Positions 23,250 to 36,963 of a stretch of 64,000 nt of DNA are shown piece after piece. The notes below the pieces were generated by a model. It was not told the origin of the DNA and made no database searches. It worked only from the letters and a program-made list of their open reading frames with translations. Location: contig NC_045697.1 of NCBI RefSeq assembly GCF_009834535.1, forward strand, positions 103,356,001 to 103,420,000. The letters are read 5' to 3'. This stretch comes from Camelus ferus (lineage: Eukaryota). Position numbers and translations under genes: made by a program. Position 1 is the first letter of the stretch. Every line of letters starts with the position of its first letter.

Positions 23250-24673
23250 CAGTGCTGCTAAGGGTGGTAACGGGGTGTAGCCCCTGGAATCGAGTGAAAT
23301 CTAGAGGGGCTGTTGAGGTCGAAATGATTTTCAAAATGTTATTTGCTGTTTTATCTGTGTTAACATTTGCCATGATGATCGAAAGCAGTGGAAAGAAAAT
23401 GCTGGCACCTTCGCAGCTCAAATCAAGACAGGGACACCAAAAATGTATTAGTGGTCGTTCTTTTCACCACTTACCCCCTTAGAGAAAAAAGGAAGGTTCA
23501 TTTAAGAATGTCCTTGATGGAGAAGTAAAAATTATTAATGTTACTAAAACTCTACCTGTGAGTACAAGACTTTTAAGTATTCTTTGTGACAAAATGTTAG
23601 GTACATAAAAAAATACTGCATTCCAAAGTACATCCGTTTTCTCAAGGAAAATCACTTGTGAGATCGCTGGATATAGATACCTTTTTAGTGGAATATTATT
23701 TGTACTTGAAAGTATGACTGACAGACAAATTGTGATTATTCAGACTTGGATATTTCTCAAAAAATGAATGAAGTGAGCCCTTAGCTTCAAAGAAAAGTAT
23801 TTGTGGTATTTTTTTAGGCAATGATAATATTTGTAGTTAGAAGTGAAAATTAGAATTTTCGATAACTTATATCCATCACTTTGGGTTTAACAGCTTCCTG
23901 ATTCTTACAGACTTTTCTGATGAGATCAATAGTGATGTTACTGAATGTGACTTTTTGATATTGTGCCAACGTTTTGGAAGAAATGTACAACTCAGTATTT
24001 TTCAAATGACCAATACATGATGTTACAAAATCATGCTGTAGTAAAGATCTATTTAAAGTACAAGATAAGCCAATGGCTTTTAATGTAAGAGTATAAAAAG
24101 GTCATTGACGTGGTTTTCAAATTCCACACTGTCAGTAACTTTTAAGAAACTACCAGTCATCAAGTTTTGGTGGTGTGTCAAAGAAGAATATCCACAATTA
24201 TCTGAAAAGGGATATTAAAATATTCCTCCCTTCCTGCAACTACATGGTGGTGTGAGGTTTGCTTTTCTCCATGTATGTCTTTAACCAAAGCAACATATCA
24301 CAACAAATTGAAAGCAGAAAGCAGATATGAGACTCCAGCTTGTCTCTTAGTAAGCCAGGCATTACAGAGATTTGCAGAAATGTAAACCAATGCCATTTGC
24401 AGCAATGTAAACCAATGCCACTTTTTTCGCTAAATCTTTGGTTTTGAAAAATACATTTTTCTTAAGAATGTGTTAACTTGCCATTGCATGTATTATTGCT
24501 ATTTATATATGAATAAATAAATAAATAAATGTTTTATTAGAAATGCCGCAGTTTTAATGTGTAATACAGTCAATGGCAAGACATAACCCACACAATCAAA
24601 AGTTCTTTGGGGTCCTCAACCACTTTTAAAAGTATAAATGAGTCTTGATTTCCAAAAAGTTTGAGAACTGCTG
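23250..24673 (+). mobile_element. Charlie1a-like hAT DNA transposon relic (second copy)
   Basis: ttaagaatgtccttgatgg..gactgacagacaaattgtgattattcagacttgg..right terminus aaaagtttgagaactgctg followed by ctctaaaa; left boundary approximate. Confidence 0.85.
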
Positions 24674-24869
24674 CTCTAAAAATTAATTGAGATGCAGTTA
24701 AAGAGAAAAAAGAACTTTTATGAGCATTTTACTAGTCTTGAAATCCAACTGTAAATACGTTAACACTTCTCAAAAAATGAAGCCCACTAATCTCCAGGAA
24801 TTGAGAGTTGGTTTTGTGTGTCCCAAGACTGGCTTCCCTGGTGAAATTCCTTATGAGATGTTGAGAGGA

Positions 24870-25397
24870 TGTGTCAGTCAGGGTTCTCCAGAGAAATAAA
24901 TATTATTCACGCATTCATTCATTCATTTACTTACTTGCTTATTGAATTATTTATTATAGGGATTGATTCATGAGATTATGGAGACCCAGAAGCCCCATGA
25001 CCTGCCATCTGCAAGACAGAGAACTAGGAATGTCAGTAGTATAATTTAGTCCAAGTCAAAAGGCCTGAGAACTGGGGGGCCAATTGTGTACACCCTGGTC
25101 TGGGTCTGAAAGCCCAAGAGCCAGGAGCTACAGTGACCAAGGGCAGGAGAAGACGGAGGTCTCAGTTCACGCAGAGTGAATTGGCCCTTCCTCTTCCCTT
25201 TTGTTCTGTTCAGGCCCTCCATGGATTGAACGATGCCCACCTTCGTAGGTGAGGACAATCTTCTGTAGTCAGTCCATAGATTCAAATGCTAATCTCTGCT
25301 AGAAACAGCCTCACCAACACACCCAGAAATAATATTTTACCAGCTCTCTGGACATCCCTTAGCCCTGTCCAGTTGGCATATAAAATGAACCAATACA
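24870..25397 (-). mobile_element. MLT2 (ERVL) solo LTR, complete
   Basis: TG...CA termini, perfect 5-bp TSD gagga (24865-24869 / 25398-25402), cagggttctccagagaaa and acacccagaaataatattttaccagct motifs. Confidence 0.9.
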
Positions 25398-28300
25398 GAG
25401 GACGAGCTGGTGTTCACCAAGCGCCATTGGGACAGATTGCCCAGCCACGTGGAGAGGCTGGTTACTCTGAACAGAGGGCCCAAGCCTCTTCCAGCCTCAG
25501 ACCACTTAGGACAATCAAACCAGCTCTCTCTGTTTCCCAGGGCTGAGCCGTCTTCCTCAAGAGTTAAGATAGGGACACTCTAAACCCCAAAAGCACTCTA
25601 AGTCTGACATTTTAAATCATAAGTCCCTGTCCCAAGGCACAGAAATGGGCCTGGTGTATCTCCTGGCCTGGACCTCATGTGTTGTAAATCAGGATCTCGT
25701 AACGATGACCAGCCATCATTTACAGAGGGGGAGCCTTTTGTTGCATTCTGTACTTGTGTTCTTAGGAGGCCAGCGCCTGGCTGACATCAGCAAGTTTTGC
25801 CACAATTTGGATTAACCACGCTTTCAAAACTCATGGATGGACCAGCACATGGCCTGACAGAAAACCTGGCAAAGGTAACATTTTTGGGCATTTTAGAGCT
25901 CTTTCATCCATATTCTTGTGGATCCAAAATCTTTCCCTTAAGCATCTCCCCAGTAGTTCCTCATCTCAACACCATCTCGGCATATAAGTCTTGTTGAGTT
26001 TAGGCAAGTTCCCGATCTCTGATTTCCGTGGTCTATTTTTCTCTCGCCTTCTTGTCAGCTGTAATGATTGGATCACTCAGTCTTGCCTTATTTATTCCAA
26101 ACTCGAACCCCAACTGAGACTTAAACTCCTGTCTCCCAAGCCTCATTTGCCAGAATTCTTAACATCTCTATCAATTTAACTTCCCTGGGCCTTGTGTTTT
26201 ATCTGCATGGATGAAAAACTCCCCTAAGCAGCTGCTCCCCACTTTCATGCATTTTTCCAACTGATTTGTCTGGTCGCTTAATGTACTTCTTTGCTGCCTG
26301 ACCCAGTCACCCTCTGACCTGCCTCAAATCATACTGCTGTCTCCTTTCAAGCCCCTCGTGCATTGTGGCTTCTCCCACAGACCCTCTCCGGCTGCAGTCA
26401 GCTCTGATTCAGTGTCTCTGCAATGTCTCCCTTTCCCTTTGTCCATTCTTCTCCCCAACCCCTCTGCTCACTATGGGGCACCCCCGAGGGCATCATGGTA
26501 AGGTTGTTTACCCAACTCACAGGGTCAGACAACTCCCTCCGTAGACTTGCCTTGTGTGGCGTAACACTGCAAGAATAACAGAGAACAAGATAGCAGCATA
26601 CCCCAAATCGTGATTGTTGGTGATCCGCAAATAAAAAGGGAGCAGAAACCAATCAAAAAGTTCTATGTGGGTTGCCCCAAACTTTTCCCATCATGATGGT
26701 TATCTCTGTGGTCTACAGTCACATCAATCTCCCTCCATCCATTTTTTTGGTCGGATTTTATGCAGTTAGATTTCTCACGGGAGGAAAGACCTAGTTACCT
26801 TGAGCTCCAACATCTTTTTGCTGATTAAGGGATTGGCTATGCCTTTTTATTGGATTAAAAGTCCCTTCGTTTAAAACAGCAAATGATAATGCTATGGGAA
26901 TTAGCTATTATATGCTCACTCTCTTCCATCATTTAATCTCATACTTTAATATTTTTAATCAGGAGAGAAAAACAGAGCTTCAAATTAAAATCACAAGAGT
27001 CTATGGCCAGAAGATGCCTTGCAGATCACTTGGTTTAGCCCTGGTATTTCACAGACCAGGAACTAGAGGAACTGAAATCTTGGGTGATGCTTCTAGCTGA
27101 GAGTTCTGACTAGTGACTGTCTCCTATTCCAGAAAATCTGAGCTCAAACATAGGATGATGTGAAGGTGTATTTGTGCATCCTAGTGGATTTAAGTAAACC
27201 AATTGTACAAACTAGAACTTAGAAGCATTTGATATACCAACATAAAAAATGAGGGACTTGAGTGCCTTTAAATATTGCACCCAGAAAATTCAGCATAGTT
27301 TCAATGTTATTTTACTAGCTTCTGGAAGGTTCTTTGAAATGTGAATAAAGGGTAGCTATGGGGGCTACAAGAAACTCATAAAAATTACAGAGAAAAATTC
27401 ACAAATCAAAAACATAAACTCTATGTTGAGAAAGTAGATACTATTGATTAAAAAACCCTATTGGAAGAAAACTAACAGTGGAGGGGAGGTGTTATCCTTC
27501 TGAGCAGAAAGATGGCAGGCAGTTCAAAATAAAATGTTTCTACTTTCATGAAAAGAGGTGCTTATAAAGCCCAACTTCAGATCCCATTCCACTGTTAGCC
27601 CGTGGTACACTTGGTCTGGGCTAATTGTCTTACGAAAGTCTTTCAGTGGGGTTCGTAGGTACTTTGGAAGGATGTCAAGGTATCAACGAGAATCTATTAC
27701 TGTTAAAGCACAAACCATGAGTCACCCAACCTGCTCCCGGACAGCAGGTCAAAAGGGTCATTTTCACATTAGAAGAACGAGCTCTTACACAGCGGCAGCT
27801 TCTGAAACCCCATCCTCCTTCCACGTAGCATTCAGGAGTCCTTATTCCAGGGACAGTGGGGAATATGGAATTTCCTGAAATGTTTAGGACAAAAAAAAAA
27901 AAAAAAAAGATACCTGCTAATTGCTCAAAACAACAGGAAGGAACAGGATGGTTAAACCACAATACACACACTTGTCCTGGCATCTGAAGCCCAACTGGTT
28001 CAGCAAGTGTCCTCACAGTAAACAGGCTCTGGTGAATGGATTAACAAGTTCGCGTGGAGTTACCCTGGAGGAACTGCACCAGGGACATCTTACTGTGGGA
28101 AAGCCTCACAGAGCCAGGTCCTCTGGCCCCCTCTTACCCCGACAGGGCACCCACGCCTGGCTGCCATATTGCCCTTGGTGAAGATGTCCTGAAAAAGCAG
28201 ACCACGGGCATCGCAGGAATTACTGAATTTCCAAAGGTCATGCCTCTAGAAATTTGCACCCCAGGAGGTGCCCGCTCCCTTTGTGCCAGGCTGTTTGCTG

Positions 28301-28859
28301 TTTTAGAGAAAGGTTAGGTGGCTGACTGCTTTTTCCCAGCTCCCCAGAGAGTGTGCTTCTTTGTAGGGTGTCCATGAGAAGCTTTGTTGTGCCTTTTGCA
28401 TAATAGAAGCGTTCCGTTCAGCAGTATTTCTGTCTGCGCATCAACATAATTACCTACGGTGAGGAGGGGGACATACTGTATCAGCAAGACCTGTCTAATT
28501 CTTACTCACATCAACACTTTGAATGATTTCTTTTTTTCACTCTGTGGCTGGAGGAACTGAGGCACATGCCTTAAGACACTGCTCAAGGCCACTTTCACTT
28601 GGGGTCACAGACATAATTCGATGCAGTATCCTACTGCAGCCCTAGGGATCTCTCTCCATCAATCTGGCAGAAGCCTGAGGATAGGCCACATGTCATGTCC
28701 TAGAGGCCAAGAGACTCTGGCCTTTGTCTAAGAGGAAAGGGGTAAACCCAAATGCCTTGGTACTCTCCCCAGGAAGTGTGGCCTCCAGTTCCCTGCAAGA
28801 CAAGTCTGAACTCCCATGTAGAAGCCCATTGTTACTTTATTAAAGAGATCAAAGTCATC

Positions 28860-29407
28860 TTTACAAGCAACCAGAACTCAGACAAGCACCCTCGGACATG
28901 GACTTCACTGTGCACTGCTGAGGTAGCCTTGGGCTGCTTCCTTCACCTGTGCCTCCCTCGGTTGTCCTCCCTCCCCTGCCCTGTTCTGTGACCCAGGAAC
29001 TGACCTCCAGTGGCTGCATCACCCAAGCTCTCTGGCTGGCTTGATGTGCAGTCGGGTCAGCCAATAGGAGGTACTTGTGGGAGGGAAGAGTGGAAGGGCA
29101 GAGAGGTAGGGAGCTCTGTTCTTTCCCCTTCCCCTGCTTTGATGCCTTATCTCTGGTAATTCTGTCCCTCCATGAATACAGCAGAGTTCACACTTCACTG
29201 GACTCGGGACACACTATTTCCTCCCCTTGTTTCTTCAGCCCTGGAAGTGGTAATGACCTACCAATGCCAGTCTCTGGATGCCTCACCAGTGCTCAACCGT
29301 TCCCATAACCTTACCCACACCCCCCAGTAAGTAGTCCCTTCTTTAAAGGCTCTTCCTTTGAATCATCTGAGTCAGTTCTGTTCACTGCCTGAACCTAGAC
29401 TGATCCA
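28860..29407 (+). mobile_element. ERVL LTR, LTR33-like
   Basis: cttcagccctggaagtggtaatg..gtaagtagtcccttctttaaagg..gactgatcca 3' terminus; left boundary uncertain. Confidence 0.55.
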
Positions 29408-29701
29408 CGCTCCTTTCATACATTCACCAAACATTGAATGTGCAGTGCTCTGTGCCAGACACCGCATAAGCCACTGGGAATGCCGTGGTGAGCAAACAGG
29501 GATGTTAGCCTTGACCCTGTAGAGTTTGCCGAACTCTAGGGCTTATTTTAGTTAACCTTTCTTTGTTATTTCCCATAAAACTAAGATGATGATAATGATT
29601 TACCTTTAAAGTATAGAGATTCGCCAGGCCAGCCAAGAACTCTGAGAACAGGGAACAAGGCTTTGTGATAGGTAATCAGAAACCTCAGTCCAGTATTAGA
29701 C

Positions 29702-30115
29702 ACATGACAAACTGAATTTTGCCCACCCAAAATGTGTATGTTGAAGCCTTAACACCTAATGTGATGATATTTGGGGATGGCACCTTTGGGAGTTACTTAG
29801 GTTTACGTAAGTTCACGAGGGTGGGGTACTCTTGATAGGATTAGTGCCCTTATAAGAAGAAACACCAAAAACCTCTTATTTTCTCTGTCTCTCTGTCTCT
29901 CTCTCTTTGTCTCTCCTTCTCAGGAAAGGCTGTGTAAGGATACAGCAAGATGACAGCCATCTGCAAGCCAAGAAGAGAGTCCTCACTAGGACCTGAGTCT
30001 GCTGGCATCCTCACCCCAGATCTCCAGGCTCTGGAGCTGTGAGACAATAAATGTCTGTCATTTAAGCCAGCTAGTCTATGGTATTTTGTTATGGCAGCCC
30101 AAGCAGACTAACACA
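29702..30115 (+). mobile_element. MLT1A-type MaLR solo LTR
   Basis: tatgttgaagccttaacacctaatgtgatgatatttgggg..ctgtgagacaataaatgtctgtcatttaagcc..gttatggcagcccaagcagactaacaca. Confidence 0.88.
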
Positions 30116-32664
30116 GTAGATGAAAACAAACAAACAAATAAACAAGCTGAAGTGTTTGCCCAAAGGAAAGTCGTGGCCCTCCACAAACTAGGACCGTCTC
30201 AATTCCATACTCTGAATAAATTCAGGGTAAGCTAAGCAAAACTGCCAAGTGGTGATGTTTTTCTCCAAGACTCAATCCTTGCATCTCCTCTGTACTTTCT
30301 CCTACCTGCACTTCCACATGTTTGCTGCCTGTTTGCCCTCTCAGAAGGGCTGCTTTTAGCACCCAGCAATACCCGCCACGCTGCCCATCAAATCTCCCTC
30401 TCCAGATAGGTGGTAGGGCTTCCTTCATTCAAACTATAACTGCTCCTCCCCACCCCTACCATCTCCCAGGGCCTCTTCATGCTTTTGTACCTCAAAAAAA
30501 GACAGCCAATGGGGTAATGAGCGCTGTTCAGTTTTTTTTCCTTCTTTGTTGTTCATATTTTTGAAATACATTGCTATAATCAACATGTTTTTGAACTTAA
30601 AATAAAAAAATTTCTAAAGAGTAAGTATATTAGCTACTCTATGCCAGTGTCTTCAGCAGCACAAATAGCTAGTTCCCGTGTTTTTTCCAATAGGGATACA
30701 CAAAAAGGAGCCCCAAAGTACAAGATCTCACAGAATAAACATGGCTGTCTTTCTGGAATGCTCCTTTCACTCAAATATTTGCTGGAAAAAAGTTATGTAA
30801 TTTAACTTTTGAATAATTTAAAACATACTTTTATTAAGATATGTTTGGATATATCAGGTACCTTGGGTTTTCTCATGGAAAATGAAGATAATGATGGCAT
30901 TGTCCTTTTCCTGAGAGATTGGCATAGGATTTAAACAAATCCTGTGCGGGAAGCCCTAAGCACAGTAACAGTTCTTGATGGCACAGACCATGCTGTGAGG
31001 TCCAAACTCTAAGTGCATTTTCAGTCAAAATGCAAGGTCTCAAAGAAATTTTCCCCGGAAGCCTCTTCAGGCTCTATCCCTAGATTCCCAGAGGATGAGT
31101 TTTCATTTTCTTTGGCTACTAAAGGAAAAGTTTGAATATATTACCTCTGCTTGCTACATTCCCCGTGCTTTATCCCAGAGCAGTGACTTTAATAGCAGGA
31201 ATTTTAGGCATTGTGGCATTCATTCAGTTATAAATTTCACTTATAAAACATTTATTGAGGTTTTCATAATTTGATTTGTTTTAAACCAATCTGTTCTCCC
31301 TCTTCACCCCCACTGTTGTGCCTGAAACAAAATAAATGACCCACTATTATTTGGCATTCATCTGACATAAATCATAACCCACACTGGATTACTTACAGGT
31401 CTACATTATTGTCTTATAGAAGAGTATAGTTCTGATTGAGGACTACCCTTTCCTTTTTAAGCACTGTCTAAAACAGACAAGCCAAATTAAAAATATATAT
31501 ATATATATTTATATATATGTGTATGTATGCATATATATATATAACATTAAAAACCTGGACTTTCTCTGAATTCAGAAAAGGAATCTTATGCCAGAAAGCC
31601 ATACCAAACCCAAACAAACAAAGGCCACATATACAAATTCTGATAATGTTTAACCAGCCCTTCGGTTGGAATCTCACCCTTGAAAGGACTAAAGTCACAA
31701 GACAAGTCCAGTTGTCTCTATGTGCTTCGAATGAATGAATGCTTTTAATTATGCACTATTTCAAGTACCTGTGTCACTCTGGTAGTTACTCTGTTGGACA
31801 ACACATTCAAGTAGCCACAAATACACCCACTACTTTAATGATAACATTACATGCAGAGTCACGGCTAATGTTACACTATACTACCTGTGTTTTGGGGATA
31901 TAGTGTGATAACAGAACCAAGGTCCCTGCTGTCATGAAACATATATAATGACAAGTCATGGCCTTCTTAGCAAAAGGCTCTAATAATGGTAACACCTTAG
32001 ACTTTATTCAGTTACTTTTGTTTAAAAATTAACAAAAGAAAATAATTGAATATATAAACTTTGGGGGAAATGGTAAATATGATAACGTCTCGTTTCAGAT
32101 GCTTTGGTCAAAGAGCTAGTATCTTATTGAAAGCTCTTCAAGTATATAAATCACCTAAAGTCACAGTTTATTTATAATTGAGTAGCTTGTCTAAATGGAC
32201 GGCCAGGGCTGGGGGTGGGGAGTGGGTTGCACACTTTTGACTAAGACAGTGAGCCACCTCCTGTTTCCCCATTCCAGGGACTGTGAACCCTTTGTTGCAC
32301 ATCTTCCCATCTTTTAAAAGAAGCAGGAAATCTAAATTTTGTTGAGAAGTCTCCAAGCAGTGGGACATACATACCAAACAAATTACATTGTAGGTCAGAT
32401 CTGTGGATCACCAGTTTTCAGTCTCCCTGTCTCCCCCTTATTTGTACATAACTCCCATTAAATCACTGTAACTCATACATTGTTCTTATAAACATTATAA
32501 ATAAATAATAAATAAATAAATAAATAAATAAGGCCCTCATATACCATGGTGTGTCACAGATTCATAGACTCAAAGTGGGAATCAGGTTAGCACTTACTAA
32601 ATCTAATTCCTGGCTTGATCATCCCAAGTAATGACTCCTTCTTAGAGTCAGTCAAAAGCTAGCA

Positions 32665-33378
32665 TTTCCCTCACCCTCATTAGCATGGCTGTTATCAAGG
32701 AAACAGAAAATAACAAGTGATGATGAGGAAGTGGAGAAATTGGAACTCTTGTGCGTGGCTGGTGTGAACGGGCAGCCACTGTGAAAAGCAATATGGCGGT
32801 TCCTCAGAGAATTAAATATAGAATTGGCATATGGTCCAGCAATCCCACTTCTGGGTATACACCCAAAACAACTGAAAGCGAGGACTTGAACAAATATTTG
32901 TACACCCAAGTTTATATCAGCCTTGTTCACAGGGGCCCCAAAGTGGAAACGATCCAAATGTCCTTTGGCGATTAAATGGTAGTGTATCCATACAATGGTA
33001 TATCTTTCAGCCTTAAACAGGAGGGAAACTTTGACACATGCTACAACGTGGATAAGCCTTAAAGACATTACGCTAAGTGAAATAAGCCAGGCACAAAAGG
33101 GCAAATATCTTAGGTTTCTACATATATGCGGCACCGAAAGTAGTCAAATTAATAGATACAGAAAATAGAATGGTAAATACCAGGGACTGTGGGGAGCAGG
33201 AGCGGGGAGTAGAGAGTCATTGTTTAGTGGGTACAGCCTTTCAGTCTGAGAAGATGAAAAAGTTCTGGACGTAGATGGCACAACAACGTGACGGTACTCA
33301 ACGCCATTGAGCTGCACACGTAAAATGGGTTAAGATGGTACATTTTATGTTATCTATATTTTACTACAATAAAAAAAA
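32665..33378 (+). mobile_element. Old L1 (L1MA/L1MB-type) 3' end
   Basis: ORF2 C-terminal remnant (ccagcaatcccacttctgggtatacacccaaa), 3' UTR, ends ttttactacaataaaaaaaa. Confidence 0.88.
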
Positions 33379-33392
33379 GCTCCCTTTGTACA

Positions 33393-34003
33393 TTTTTTTC
33401 CATTTTTTTAAAAAATTGAAGTATAGTCAGTTTACAATGTTGTATCAATTTCTGGTGTACAGCATAATGTTTCAGTCATACATAGACATACAAATATTCC
33501 TTTTCATATTTTTTTCATTATAGGTTACTACAAGATATTGAATATAGTTCCCTGTGCTATACAGTACAAACTTGTTGTTTATCTATTTTATAGATATTAT
33601 TAGTTAGTATCTGCAAATCTCGAACTCCCAATTTATCCCTTCCCGCCACCTTCCCCCTCGGTAACCATAAGTTTGTTTCTATGTCTGTGAGTCTGTCTCT
33701 GTTTTGTAAATAAGCTCATTTGCATCTTTTTTTTTTAGATTCTACATAAAAGTGATATCATATGGTATTTGTCTCTCTGTCTGACTTCCTTTACTTAGAA
33801 TGATGATCTCCAAGTCCACCCATGTTGCTGCAAATGGCATTATTTTATCCATGTTTATGGCTGAGTAGTATTCCATTGAATATATATACACCACAACTTC
33901 TTTATTCAATTATCTGTTGATGGACATTTAGGTTGTTTCCATGTCTTGGCTACTGTAAATAGTGCTGCTGTGAACACGGAGGTGCATGTATCTTTTGGAA
34001 TTA
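33393..34003 (-). mobile_element. L1 3' end (camelid type), tail-to-tail with the preceding L1
   Basis: aattgaagtatagtcagtttacaatg..ccatgttgctgcaaatggcattatt..gaggtgcatgtatctttt. Confidence 0.9.
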
Positions 34004-35395
34004 AGTACCTTAGGTTTTATCTCATTTTCTTTGGGGCCTCGGGGATTATGTCTCCTGCCTCTTGAGGATGGCTCACCTATTTGCAAATGCTAGCTAATCT
34101 CAAGGAGAAGAAGCAGAGAGAAGGAAACTTCCAGGACTGTTATTCCCTGATCAGGCATTTTCAAAGCTGATGTATAAAGAATACCTTAATTTCTTTCTGG
34201 ATTCTGAAAACTGCAGCTTGAATGAATTTGAATTTCCACTGAAAATTAACCTGCAGTTGAAAAAGACCCAGCAGGGAGCTTTCTGGTTCCTCCGTGGACT
34301 TTGCTGTCTGGGAGCTGGGTCTGTCAGAAACCAGATGAGGCTAAACAGGGAAAGACATTGAACAATGCTAAAAACAAAACTTCTTTATTCTCTAAACCCT
34401 GCTACCACCTTTCCTGGCACTTTCATGACTGAGAGGTAAAGGTAGTCTTGCAAGTTAAAAAGTTACAGTTTTTCCAACAGAGCTCCTCCTCCCCTTCGGT
34501 ATCAATAAAATCAATCATCCTCCGTTCTGTAAAACCCTCCCTAACCCGAGAATACAGAGGCTTTTTAACATTATTTCTAATTTGCTATTTGCCCATCCAG
34601 GAGAATGTAATCAAAAGTGACTTTCTAAAGACGCTCTGACAAAATCCGTGAGCCCTTTTGACCTCACAGAACTTAAGGCATCCCAGCTTATTGCCTCCTA
34701 AGAAGGCAGGCGGAAAAGAGGCTTCCTTGCTCACACAGCCAGCTTTGCAAAGGACGTGGAAAGGTCTGGGGGCTCCCAGCTGGCTGGCTCAGGCTCCAGT
34801 TCCACTAGGTCGTGTTAAATGTGAGTGTGCACACATGGAGAAGGGAGGTGCCCTCAATTGTCTCAACAGGATGAGGGACAGCACGAAGGTGATGCAGCAG
34901 GTGGCCCAAGCTTTTGCTTAAGAGCTTTAATTATCACTAGTGTTAGCAAATAAGCAGCTACGAGCAGTGTCATAAACTTTATGGGTTCACAACACAGGGT
35001 GACAAACCCTTCTTGAAATATTGGCTGTGGCTGAGGGAACCCCTGAATGTTCTGGGTAAGGACACGAGGCAGGCGAGTCAGCAAGAAAGGTCATTTGTCT
35101 CAGCCAAAGTCCATCCCGGGTCAAAGCCTTATGACTTATTATTCACTACAATGACAACAATACTCGTTTTTATGGCATTGGAATATTGCAAAGTGCTTCA
35201 GCATTGTCCTAAGTTATTTGACTCCACAAGGAAGCAGGTAGAGGTCAGAAGGAAAACCGTTTCGGCACAGCGGAGACTGAGCTCAGAGATTCAGGTGGAG
35301 TTGGTTGCCTGTAAGAAGTCATTCATTTCCACTGCTGAAAAATTAAAAAGTCAGTAGGAGCTGTTCCCTTGAAATGGCCAGAAATGTTCAGTGTT

Positions 35396-35775
35396 TCTAT
35401 ATATAAAAATAGATTTAAAAAAAAAATTTCTTCTGTATAGCACAGGGAACTATGTTCAATATCTTGTAATAATCTTCAATGAAAAAGAATATGAAAACAA
35501 ATATATGCATGCATATGCATGACTGGGACACTGTGCTGTACACCAGAAATTGACACATTGTAACCGACTGTACTTCAATAAAAAAAAGTTAATAAAAAAA
35601 ATTACTACTGTAGAGCATGGGGACTCTATTAAATATTTTGTAGTAACCTATAATGAAAAAGAATATGAAAAAGAATATATGTATGTCCATGTATGACTGA
35701 AGCATTATGCTGTACACCAGAAACTGACACAATATTGTAAACTGATTATACTTTTAATTAATTAATTAATTAAAT
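35396..35775 (+). mobile_element. Two L1 3' UTR ends in tandem inside one TSD pair
   Basis: Units at ~35400-35590 and ~35600-35770; TSD atgttcagtgtt at 35384-35395 and 35776-35787. Confidence 0.85.
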
Positions 35776-36029
35776 ATGTTCAGTGTTCCCATTACAGACT
35801 TCAACAAAGTGTCAAAAATTCTGAGCCCTGGAGTTTTTTCTTTGCTCCTCCTTTTACTTTTAACCACATGCTCCTCAGCTCCCAACTTTAAGCCAGGTCC
35901 TGAGGCTCTCCTGGCCCCACCCCCCTAACCTACCTCTCTGAACTCACGTTCACCCCTCCTTCCTCTGCTCTGACTTGTCTGGTCACCTAGCTCTTCTTCC
36001 AAAAGTCCATTTCTTTCCTGCTTCAGAGC

Positions 36030-36282
36030 TCAAGGCTGCAACATAATTCTTGTGGGCAAGTTCTTCCACTTAAAAAAATTCAAATTATATCTTATGGCTG
36101 TGTTGGTATGAAGAGGGATACTTGAATGCTGTATATTATAACATTTCCTTTGATCTGAAAGTGTTTTTTTTCTTCTGATTTTAAGAGAAGTTAACACATT
36201 TTCATGGGTCCCTAAAAGTATCGTGGTCCTGTGTCTATCAGGCCTGAGGGTGAAGTCGGGCCTGAGGGCGAAGTCGGCCCTG
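36030..36282 (+). mobile_element. hAT-Tip100 relic (MER115/Zaphod-like) nested in an L2 (~35860-36655)
   Basis: ttcttctgattttaagagaagttaacacattttcatgggtccctaaaagtatcgtgg..aagtcggccctg terminus; flanks are L2-like ending tgttgaatgaat. Confidence 0.6.
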
Positions 36283-36963
36283 TCAAGATCTTTGCATTTA
36301 CTGTTCTTGAAATTTCTGCTCGAAATGTCCTTCTCCCACGTAATCACACAGCATATAACCTCAATTGCATCCGTGTTTCTGCAAAAATGGTAGTTTTTGA
36401 GAGAGGCTCTCTCTAATTACCTTATCTAAAACGGACCCCACACGTCAACTCCTGCCAATCACTTCTGTCCCTCAACCCTGCTCTGCTTTTCTTTAACCAT
36501 CTGACATATTAGATATTTATGTTCTGCTTGTTTGTGGTCTGTCTCTCCCACTGGAATATAAGTTGTGTGACACTAGGTACTCTGTCCCCAGGGCCCAGCA
36601 CAGTGCCAGGCACACAGCTGACGCACATTAATGTTCGTTCATGTTGAATGAATTTGTACCTTCTTCATTGCCAACCCCTCGTTGTCCCATACAGGAAGAA
36701 AAAGAAAAAGTGAGCATGAAAGATGAAGGAAAATGCTTTCTCCAATCAAACATCCGCCCTTATGGAAGATCTTGGAGAAGCTGTAGACAGGCTGGGAGTC
36801 CCCAGATCTCCCAACCAGGCCCCTGGCTCTGGGCTTTCTTTCCATCACCTTGTACGTTTCCCTAGCCTGATGCACACCACCTGATTCTGTAATTCTGCAT
36901 GGTTGCTGAAGCTGAGGTTTTGCATCCCTTATGCCGCCTTCTTCTTTTTCTCCTCCTCCTCCT

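Noticed and set aside
32652..33134. 160-aa ORF and other ORFs over L1 sequence (37251-37751, 39753-40050, 47309-49780)
   Set aside because: Fragments or antisense frames of decayed L1 ORF2/3' UTR.
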